Shown piece after piece: positions 52,931-64,000 of a stretch of DNA of 64,000 nucleotides. Made by a program: the position numbers and the translations under genes. The notes under the pieces are model-generated. The model did no database searches. It was not told the DNA's origin and was given only the letters and a program-made list of their open reading frames with translations. Origin of the DNA: Daphnia carinata (Eukaryota); contig NC_081333.1 of assembly GCF_022539665.2 (NCBI RefSeq), forward strand, positions 8,184,001 to 8,248,000, in the 5' to 3' direction. Positions within the stretch are counted from its first letter, which is position 1; each line of letters begins with the position of its first letter.

Positions 52931-55900
52931 AAAAAAATAGTTGGTTGGCTGTACAGTATAGCGGGAGCAAAATAGACAGAGACAGGAGGGGTCGGGAAAG
53001 AAAAAGGAAACAAGCAGAGCAAGCCGGGCACCAGTCCGGATAAAAATGGGGATGGAAGCAGGAGAGAAGAAAAACTAAAAAGGGTAGAGCAGATGAGAAA
53101 GGAGGGTTGAGTGTAGGAAGGGCTGGCGGTTGCCAAGACAACAAGGATCTAACACGGTATTGATCGTTCATGATTCCACCTTCTTCTCCCGGCCTCCTTT
53201 CGCACACACCCCCTCCCCCCTCTATACTACAGCCATGTACTATACCATTGCTTCCAACAGCAGCTACCGGAAAACTTTTTTTTTTTTTTTTGAGTCGAGA
53301 AAAGTAAAGGACAACCGAACACGTCACCGTCCATCCTCTCTCATTCGGGAGGGGAGGATTGTCCTACAGCTCCTACTCCTTTTCTTCGTCTATATTGTAC
53401 ACTAGAGAACCAGCAGCAAGCCTCCCCTCATTGCTGCAGCTCTGACTCATCTGCCCTCTCGACGTGGGCCACACCATCCCGATGCTTATATTACTTTGAC
53501 TGACTCTCCTTCTGTTTTTCGCCCCCTTCGCCATATAATATTGTCATCATACAACGAACATTCTTCACGGCTCGGCAGCCATGGCCCATGGGGTTCGATG
53601 CTGCCTTATATGGCCCAAGTCCGAATGCAACGAATGTCTTTTATATGATTATTATTACGACCAAACGATGCGCGGCTACCCGTTTCCGACCGTCGGCTAT
53701 AAAGGTTGTTTTGGCTCTTTGTTTTGCTGTCGTTCTTTACATTCTAAACGGATACAAGACTCTCCGATTTCCGTGAACATGATTCCTTTGAAATCGGACC
53801 AACCATTTCGTCCGGTTCACCGGGTCCCAGTGCCAGCAACCCAATGAAATATTCAAATGGCCATTCCTTTTTCAATGGAACAGACGTAGTTTCGCTTGTA
53901 CTCGTTCGAATGACGCATTCTGCACGTGTGCTGCATGTTCCCTTTTTTTTTTTGCATGTCTGAATAAAAAGAAGCTATTTATACGTTTTTTTAGCTTGAA
54001 ATAGCGCTATACAAATAGATATGTCACCAATGCAAAATAAATAAATTAACCGTATGACGTTGGCGAGGTGAGTGGAGATGATGAAATCTATAAGGCGAGT
54101 GTTTCAGATCAGATATTCGATTACTCGTAGCCACCAAATCTATGATGCTGTACGCAACACTTGCAATATCTACATGAGGTCACAAACTGTAGGACTCACC
54201 TTTAGAACATGTGTTACATTGAACGCCCAGGAACTTTTGCGGACGAGTCACCAAAGAAACAAATTAGAACGGACACGGTACGTCGAGTGCTTCGACCTTT
54301 TCTACCTTCATCCAGCTAATAGCGTGTCTAGATGTCAGGCGACGATATTGAATAGAAAATGTTTTTCGTTGCCGTTTGATCTCACATGAACCTAAAAGGG
54401 CAGTCGGCCCCTTTTCCCTTGCCAGTTCAATTGAAAGAAAGCAACAGACAATGATGAAGCTATTGTGGACAGCTTCTATGCTTAGTTAGTATTCTGACGA
54501 ACATGGGATTGAGAAACGTGGGGGTCTAAAATCAGGCTCAAGCATCACATGACCTCAATCCCATGTTACACACGAAATGTAATGGACGTGCTTGATTCGG
54601 GAGGCTTTATAACGTCTAGGTACGTATCCAGCAGCAAATATAATTTCATGTTATCTCATCTTTGTTTGTTTGTTTATTTTTTATTTACTTACATTTTTTC
54701 AATTTGTGTATGCACCGTCAGGCGAGAAGCTTCTTTCCTTCTTGTATATGACATGTTGTCACGACTGGCTTATTAAATAAGGGAATGTCTGGAGTGTTCA
54801 TCGTCTCCGATGACTCGACAATCGTATAATCAACGTCGTGCAGCGCTCACCATATGTTATTGTCCCTCGCATGTATAAATCTTTTGGAACTGTACAGAAA
54901 TTTAAAAATTATATTGTCACATTATTTCCTGAATTCCCCTTGAGCGAGCCTTTATTTGACAATTGAAGACTCTTTCTATTATGTAGTATGTGTCCGTAAT
55001 CTAGGTCTCGATTGTTAGTCCATTGATTGAATCCCGTACACGTATTGTCTGGCGTTCAAATGGATGGATCAACATCAATAGCGCTCGGTTGCGTCTAATA
55101 AGGTATTGCGATCCTTCTTCGCTTCCGTTATTGCCACAAAATGGATGTCTGTGGGTGGTCTCTTATGCTTCGTTTTGCCTGTGGTAAAGGCGGCGTTAGC
55201 TGATCAATATACTTTTTTAATGGCCAGCTTTTCAAACTCCCCGTTGCTGTGCGCACACAAAAGAGCGGAGAAAGCTCTCCAAGAAGATGGAAGTTGGTGA
55301 AAAAGCCTAAATCTCTGTGTGCACACACACGCACGGCCATATAGTTCCATTGATATGCTCACACATTCATCATCATCATCTCACCATTTCCATTTGGACA
55401 CAACGTGCGCAAGTCTCTCTCTAGTCTTTTTATGCAACTGTCGTTTATAATGAAGTGTAGAGGAATCTAATACGAAATCGCTGAATGTATGAATCCTGCT
55501 AGGATTATACACCAACGCACTTCATGAGTTTCATATAATGCGCTGGAACGGAGGTAGGATTCTCATCGTAATGGCGCCACCATCCGCACAACAACAGGAT
55601 TTGAGTCGAACAAATTCTTATGGTCACATCGGGTACCTTCATTATTCTTGCCTCTCTTTACACATTGATGTCAGTGTGTTCATTTTAAGATTTATTCCAC
55701 TGTCAGTACAGATTTAGTACTGGGCGTTGAGAAAAAAAAAGGAAAACTGTTCCTCCCACAAGACCTTATATAACTCCCTCGTCGTCGTTGTAATTCTCCA
55801 GCTTTTTTTTCTTCTCCCTCCAAGTCGCAACCCTCTTGAACATAAAATAAGATTTCATACTGTAGTGTACTTTTATAACGACCCAGTGTTAAAGTCACCG

Positions 55901-57713
55901 AGTCGGGGAATAAATCAAACGAATGGGGGGAGGAAAGAAAAGGGGCTTTATAGTTCTCCGACAGTCGCATCATCATTCGAGAATAATCGTAAATATGGAG
56001 AGAAAGAACCATTTTCTCGTTGTTTTATTTTACAGGTAAATGTGTCACTGAGTACCTAAAAACCGCGATGATCACAGGGGGTGGGTGAGTCATTAGAAAG
56101 ACGGGCACTTGACACATTGCGCTATCGTCGTTTCGAGGGCCATTAACAAAAGAAGATGGGAGAAATTAGCGAAGAGATAGTCGATTTCTTTTTTTTTTCT
56201 GTTTTTACCCAAACAAAACCAACAATAACAAGGAATGAAAATGAATGCCTTCTTTTATCTCTTGTATGTGATTCTTCTTGTAGAAGTCGACTGGTTTTTT
56301 TTTTAAACTCCCTGTCGATGTTGGAATGAGATTAGAGACAAGAGGGATGGCGCACTTTCTTTGCTGGCTATCGTCTATATGAAATAATAGGCCATTTCGC
56401 TTGTCTTGAATCTTTTTTTAAAGCTAGAATGGCAGATAAAAAAAAGGAAAAGGCAATTCAATGTCTTTTCCTGTTATTTTGTGATTGCAGGATCTAATTG
56501 CACCCTTATAACGTTGTCCTTTCTTGTTATAGCAACGGGCTGATAGAACTAGCTGGAATTCGTTTTTCCCGTTTCCTGCTTTTTTAGATATTTCACTGAC
56601 GAAATGAACACATTTGGGGCCTCATCTCTCAAGGACACACACAAAAAATACAACAAACAGGAAGTATGCAACATGCTGGAGTAAGGCATCTGAAAATGAT
56701 TGTTGATGTAGGCTCGAAGCTGCCAGAATCCTAGAAGAAACGGAGCATTGTTTTAATTCGGAACTTAAGCTCCAAATCTTTGTTTTCATTAAGGAAAACA
56801 TATCGCACCTGGTATAGATGTCTTTCGGGTTCGTTATTTGAATTTGCCCTTACTCTGTTCAATTTCTAGGATTCCACACGTAAGGATATTTAAAAAAAAT
56901 GCTCGCTTCACTAAAATTACTTGTGAAATGACTAGAGTGAAAGGGCATATACGGGATTATCATCCTCGTTCAGGGCAACGAACAAGGATATCACGGGAAT
57001 GGACGCGGGAAAAGGAAGAAACCAGTTCAAAGCTTTTAACATCTGCTTTTAATTTTGGTTTCCTCGTGTTTAGCGTACATTTTGGATCTGTATCCACTTG
57101 GTAATTCTCGAGACGAGATTTGCTCGTGGGGATGTACTTGAATGCCACCATTTTTCAATTGCTAATAGCACATTCACCTCAAGTACAAGATAGGTTGGTC
57201 GTTTCCTGTCACTGACGTGTAACGTGGCTGTATCTCTGCCGGCGTAAGTAAAAAAGTTTAGTGATGGTGAACCGTTGGATAAAGAATTGGAAGATGGAAA
57301 AGGACACTGTAAAATGCCGTACAATTAGCTTTGAGTGCAATCTGACCATTAAATCAAAGCCCAGAAACTTCTACTGCATAGTGTTTTCAAAGCCGAGGAT
57401 TGTTTTCAGGATGTGCACATATGTCGTGTTAGGGAAACAAGGTCCAGTCGGAACAGTAATTTCTCTTGGTCAATCTTACAAATGCGATCAGAAGAGCTCC
57501 AATCTTTTTTTACGCAAGATAGAACGAAAAAAAATACAAGGGATTTCCCTTTTCAGAATTTTTATCGCATATTCCTTGTGCCTATTTTGTATAGTGAATA
57601 AACTCACGCACCATCTAACGCTTGGCAAGAAAATTAGAATTTTAGATTTTAAAATAGCTGGTTAAACTTAGAATATTAGATCTGACTGGAAATCAAAGAA
57701 AAACTGTGTAGGG

Positions 57714-58183
57714 GATTCATTCGCAATTTATTTTTGCAACGGTTTAGTATGGCCGAATCGGCATTTTGCGTCGGGGCTGTTGGAACAACCCTAATATTTG
57801 ACCCGCCCCGGTTAATAACTTGTTTCCCCGAGTGTGTCCCTACATGATTTTTTCTGGGAGGTGACCCCGTTTGGAGACAATTGGGGTCGATCCCCTTTCG
57901 AGGGATCGATGAAGTTTCCTTTATTATCCAGATCAGGCTAGGGTTCGGCCCCGATATAGTAAAACCCGAAAGAACTGCAATGATATCCAAAACTACCTAA
58001 ATGAACGGCCAAAAAGCTACCCGATTGACAGGGAGCCGAGCATCTATATCGGGGCATCGGGCAGCCATCCGAAAATGGCCGCCTGAGTTTTCGATTTCAT
58101 TAACGAGCGTTAGCGCCACTTCATTCATAACAATAGCCTCATTTCAAACCTTAAAGAAACAAATGCTAAATTGCGAGGGAATC
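57714..58183. mobile_element. Possible decayed MITE-like insertion upstream of KNTC1
   Basis: Inverted repeat 57714-57730 vs 58167-58183 (15/17 match), internal perfect 12-bp inverted repeat 57948-57959 vs 58044-58055, and a locally GC-richer interior. No clear TSD. Confidence 0.3.
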
Positions 58184-58410
58184 AGCAAGAGAGGACACAA
58201 TACAAAAGACCCATTCGAATCATAAATTTTGTTGCATAGTTCATATTTCACCCCAGTCTACGTGATTCCAGAGGTTCAATAAAGTAAGAAAAAATTTTTA
58301 TCTTAAAAAAATTTACGAAATAAAATCTTATTGTCGTTTAATTTTAGTATGAGAGTACAATTTATTGTATTTTCTTGTATTAAAGAGTGTAGTTGTTTAT
58401 TTTTTTCAGA

Positions 58411-61400
58411 ATGGCAGCCTGCTGGAATGTCATCAATACAGAGTGGGATCCAGATCAGGAAACTGTCAACTTTGGCACACGGCAGTGTGTTGTGGTTGAT
58501 TCTGCCTTATTTGATGTTGTTACTCTAGCTACTGTTGAATGCAGCAATCCTGTAAGAACATTAAACATTTTCATTAAAATAATTTTTATAACACCTTCAT
58601 CTTTTCTAGGGATTAAAATCAGAACCGAGGGTCCAAGGGAATATTTGGGAGCAATATACAGTGATAGCAGTTGATAGCTATTGTCACATTCTTTCAGACA
58701 ATTGCCAGACTGTGTTGAAGAGTTTTTCGTTAGATTCGCACCCAAGCTGCTTGACTTGGTCTCCAGATGGAAATTTTTTGTTTGTAGTAACAGAAGGTGG
58801 TCACATGAGTGTAATCTACATTCCAGACAGCTTGCTGCTGGCAACTATGCCATTGCCGAACTTCTCACTACCTAACCAGGCAGTTTATATTACCATTAGA
58901 GAGGATGAGGTTCTTCTCCTCAGTAACAATGGTGTATTGCTAAGGCAAGATAAACATTCAAGGATGATAATATTTCGGTAAAACTCATTAAATTTTTATT
59001 TTATTAGACTGAGCAACCTTAACCTTGCAGAACTGGCATCTGCCTTGATGAACAAGAATGGACAAAAGGCTCAAGAAATACAGAGTAAAATGAAACGAGG
59101 CCTTGTGGACTGTTTACTAAAAACAAAGGTATCCTTTTGTCATTAAATATCACTGTATGCTTTTCTTTAAGTTTATTTACTACAATTTATTTTGTTCTAC
59201 ACCCCGAAATGTTAATTAGATAACAGCGGCTACCGTTATCGAAGATTTCCACGGTAATGCGGCCTTGGTGATCGGAACAATTCATGGAATTTTTCTGTGG
59301 GATTTTACAAAAAATCTGATTATTACTGGTGCACCTTTAAGTTGTTTATTACGGAAAATTGAATCCACTAGCTGCAATAAGTATCTATTTAATTATAAAA
59401 TTTTATTCTACTTATTCGACCAGTATCAAACATTTCTTTCGGTGAAGGTTCTTAATCGCGTTGGATGATGAAGGGCAACTGATTTGCTACGACGTAGATT
59501 TCCTCTTGCCTGTTTACTTCGTCGAATCCAATGGGCAATTTTTGTTGTTTGAACTTGACAAATTGGCGAAACGCATTTTGTCAACTGACCTGGCTGACAC
59601 TGGCAACCCGTCGATTGTCATGAGGTCTTTCATGGGTTGGTATAGGCTTTTACAATATCTTAAGCATTATGGCGATTAACCATATGACTTTTCAGGGTCT
59701 GAAGTTGAATATAGGGTTCTTGTAAGCGACTTCTGTTATTTGATGCCATCTTCCACCAAACAAGGCGACGTTATATTTATTGAGGGGGCGCGTGATAGAG
59801 ATGGTAACATAATGACCTTGCGTATAAGAAAAATGGCGGAAGGGCGGCCAATAGATAGGTGAAGAGAAAAACATGATGGGATATTCCATTGAAACGTTTT
59901 TGGTAAACTATCCTTTATTTTGCAGATTGCGGCGTTTCATTGCACGAGGGAAGTTTGAGGAAGGCCTTCGTTTTGCGCAAAACTTTGGCCTAGACATTCA
60001 ACAAGTATACATCGCAAAAGCATCTCGGCTGTCTCAGGAATTATCCGTTTGGGCAAATATAAAGCCTGAAGTAATACCCAGCAAACACCAGAGTTTAATC
60101 GATACCTTAGATTGCATTACGGAGCTTCGATTCGTGGTTGAATGCTGTTTGAAATGTGCCCCGACGTCCGTCGATTACATCCGTAATTTGCTCAACTATG
60201 CCAGAAAACGCATAAGTCTCAGTAAAAATAAGGTGTGAATACTTTGGGGTGATATGTTTTATTAGTTTACTTTTTCAAAAGGCAAAAGATTTGTTAAACA
60301 TGTGCCCGTTTGTCTTACAGGATGAAGAAAATGAACGTCTACTTTACATTATGGACGTGCGTAATACGCCATCACATTCATTGCTGTTTTTTTTTTTTAA
60401 CACTACCTGCGATTTTGATATGTGAATCGTTTTGTTGCAGGTTTGTAACGTTCAAGAGAAACTGGACACTTTTGACCTCATCTACGGACCAAATTTGATC
60501 CAGTACTGGTATACGATTGACATGAAGGATATGTTTAATACTCTCTTAGAGATCTTAAACATGGTAAACATCTGTCCTATAATTTTTTTTCTTATTGGCA
60601 TCTTCAAATTGAATTTTTATCATTATATTCAGGAGGAAATGACAAGTGCCCTTATCCTTTGGCAAAGACACAATGTTGAAATTGTCACGGATCCATCGTT
60701 TGCAGAAGAAGAAGCGCTTCAACTTCTTGGTAGTATCCCTTCAAATTTGAAGTCATCAACTCTTTTACCCTGGCTTCAGCATGTTCTGCCAAGCTTAATT
60801 CAATTCGACAGCGATAGGATTCCTCTTGTGATTGACTGGATTGTCAGAAAGGCTGCGTAAGTTACCGATAAAAAATCTTTTTCAAGTTCAGTAAGATGGA
60901 ACAAGTAGGATTTTTTTTTATGAAGTTCTCTGGAAATTACCGAAAAACAAGAGTGGCCGCGAAATGCGCTAAAATTTGCGGACACTCTACTGAGTTCCCT
61001 GAAAACGGTGACAAAGTCCTGTGATGGCCCTATGGCCCCTTTGTTTGACTGCATCCAGGATCTCGATGAGATGGTTGTACTCTATGCGCAGTACAAAATT
61101 CCCATAACCTTCAGCAAGTTCACGCAGGTTTCTGCTTTCGTCCATCACTTTTTAAATCGTAGTTTTCCTAATTCTAACATGTAACTATAGGAGAACAGAT
61201 TGGCTACCGTCATTCTCCTATTAAATTGGTTACCAACAGCTGCAGATGTGGGCCCTTTCTTGGATGCGTTTCTATTGCCTTTTATGCGCCGCCGAGCTCT
61301 GGATATTGACGATAGTATTTTTCACTATATCTTGGTATTACTTTTCACAATTACCGTCCTATTGGCTTTCATGGCTTCTAAAAGTGTGCATTTTCCTTTT

Positions 61401-64000
61401 CAATTTATTAGAATCTGCTTCATAATTCCGTGAGCTGGTGGCATAATGGGCAAGCACAATGGGAGCAAATAGTTTCAACTTTAATCACTTATATCAGGAG
61501 CATTGAGGTAAAAAAAACTGAATTTTATTTGACAACTCCGTTCTATATACTGTAAACTCCGCGCATACATCGCAGGTACAAGCCAAATCCATCCTTGCTG
61601 CCCTTTGTCAAGCCCCGGTACCTTGGAGTCCGACTGTTACTGAACTCGCCGAGAAAGGGAAAAAGCTTGAGCACTCGCTAGCTGATAAGATAAAAGAAGA
61701 ACACTCAATTGTCCCTCTTAAAACCGTTTTGCGCCACTACAACATTCACGTCTTTGACCTAAATGATATGCGTCTGATGGACTGCATCGTCCGAAACATT
61801 TTGAAGGTATGTCCGTCAATTGGTTGGCCATGCAGGCGAATTAATGTGGATTCTGTTTGTAGCAACAAACAACCGAATGCCTCGAAGATGCACTCACAGT
61901 GGCACGTGCTTCAAATGCGATATCCGAAAATGACGTTCGCACCACCTACCTTGCAAGCCTTATGTGTAGCGACAAGCGTGATTTGATTATAGAAACACTA
62001 GGGAAAATGTCGAGTAGCGAACGGGCATGCTGTTGTCGCAAACTCATCTTTTTCATCGAAGGCACCGTTAATTCATACATCAATAAGTACAGCTTTTCTG
62101 ATTTGTCTGGTACATTGTAATTCCATTTCCGTTTTCTAACGTGTATTTCTCAATAGGCCTAAACCAACGATCCAGAAACAAGCTGATACATGCATGAGCT
62201 GCCTGAATGAAATATGGGAGAATTTTAAGTCAGGAAGCTGCTACCCAAGTGATGGTTGCTTGAATGGTCGCATCACGGATTTAAAGAATGTTTATCGTTT
62301 AATGTCGCATGGTGTGACAATACCTTTGAATAGCTATTGCTATGTGAAGCAGCGGCAAGACGCATTGCGTAAATTCTGCAAAACCCTCCTTGGGAAGGAG
62401 GTGATGGACTATACGGAACTGAACAGAGTGGCCCATCTTTTATCTCTATCCGAAGCATTCGCTCTCCAAGAACAAATTCTATCTGCACGTTCTGCTGGGA
62501 AGGATGAAGTGATGATCACCTGTTGTCACAGACTGCTGCTTTGTGCTGAAGACGCTACAATGGCAGAGGCCTGCTACATAGCAGCCCAGTGTTTGAACCA
62601 AAGCAGCGCTTACGATATGATAGAGTTGCAGAGCCATTTAGCTGCTAAAGCAGCAACGTACTGCGCAAACGATTCTTTAATGGATTCCAGTGAATTGTGC
62701 TGTTTGGTCAATTTGAGACATCTGATTCAAAAGCGTTCTTCAGCAGTTGGCACACCTGACGTCTACAGCAGTATCTCGTCGTTGGGGGTTTACCAAGATT
62801 TTACTACACCTATTCTCAACCGCGATATTATGAAATTCCTTTCTACAGCCCAAGCTCGTGTGTTGCCATGCCTGGAGCCTAGCAAAGGAAGTAACTCGAT
62901 TGTGGGCTTGACAGCTCAAATACCAATTTCTGAAGCCGCCGAAATTTTACGGGAGTTCGCCAAAGAATGCCTTGGAGTTATCCAGGTGTTGCGCGGATGC
63001 CGACAGCTAATGCCTGCTCTGTATTTGGCATACGCATCAGATTCGTTGGTTCATCTGATGTTTCTCCAGTTGCGCAATCTGGATTTGGTGACAGTCTACA
63101 ATAAGACAATCTCCAAACATTTCGACGAATTGTCTTCGCAGCTTCTAGTTCGTGTAATGACTGCTAATCGACCTGATGTCCCAGATATGGCACTTGCTAC
63201 CTCTTGCCTTCTGATTCTGGGACCCACAGAAGGTTTTAAATATCTCGGTACGTATTCTGGCACGGATTTAAATTCATTGATTAAACGACAATTTCTTGTT
63301 TTGTTTTTATACATTGCACAGTGGATCTAGTGAAACGCTCGACTTCCGATCGCCGAAGAGTTTTCTATATTGGTTTTCTTGGTCGCTTACTCTTCAAGCT
63401 TGCTGCGACCGGTGGTGAGGAAGAAGGGTTCTTCGATTCGGTAATTCTACGGTGCCACTGGAGCATGAAACTTGCACCTTTCGGAATTCATGTCCAAAGT
63501 AAGTATAGCAATTTACAAAGTGGAAAACTATTGGTAAATATTCCATTTTTGTTTTCAGTCCCACCAATCGATGAAATGGTTCCAATCATGGACACTCTGG
63601 TTACTCTAGAGGATGTACCATTAGAATTGTTGAGCTCATTTTGCACAGATTTTCCTTTAGATCTAAACTCTGCCTTAATGTCAAGAGCACAATATCTGAT
63701 CGTGTCCACGGATGCGGCTAATATGGCAGGAAGAATACCCAAAATCCGCGACGTTTTGTCTCGACTCCCACCGGTTGACGTTCAGAAATTGGTTCATAGT
63801 ATTCGCAACAAAGTTAGCCCGTATAACTATGAACTGCTAACGTGCTTATGTGGAATCTTGTATGAACTGCAACCTGACGCGCTGGATATCCGAACCATGT
63901 TAGAACTATTGGAATTTTTAGCCTGTTATGAAAGATCCGTCCCACCAGGAATAATGGAACTTCAGAATGCGTTTTACCGGTTACCTGGTTCTGAGGAGTG
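58411..64000 (+). CDS. KNTC1: Kinetochore-associated protein 1 / Rough deal (RZZ complex subunit), 5' part, truncated by the window end
   Basis: ATG at 58411 and about 17 exons with short introns (e.g. 58411-58551, 58610-58944, 59008-59128, 59926-60232, 62157-63248, last exon from ~63558 to the window end). N-terminus WNVINTEWDPDQETVNFGTR...SALFDV, beta-propeller-like segments, RLRRFIARGKFEEGLRFAQNFGLDIQQVY, APVPWS and VSPYNYELL resemble conserved ROD/KNTC1 segments. Confidence 0.88.

Overview
Eukaryotic (arthropod) genomic DNA. The compact genes with many ~60-70 nt introns suggest a branchiopod crustacean such as Daphnia (inference). Bases 1-22 kb are AT-rich and non-coding, with microsatellites, a probable spliced 5' UTR on the minus strand and candidate nuclear-receptor sites. 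Bases ~22.4-28.9 kb hold an ORF-free structured repeat complex: head-to-tail copies of a non-autonomous element with long diverged inverted arms around internal 164-bp tandem arrays (about 13.7 and 8.7 monomers), joined at a palindromic AAGGCTA|TAGCCTT junction, plus an inverted partial copy. Next come MUS81 (minus, 7 exons), a small hypothetical ORF, a decayed MFSD6-like paralog just upstream of an intact MFSD6-like transporter (plus), a 17-exon follistatin-like 4/5 gene (minus), a 114-nt poly-G tract, and the 5' part of KNTC1/ROD (plus, running off the window). Almost all short six-frame ORFs are spurious. Gene models were built by hand from splice signals and reading frame; no database search was run.
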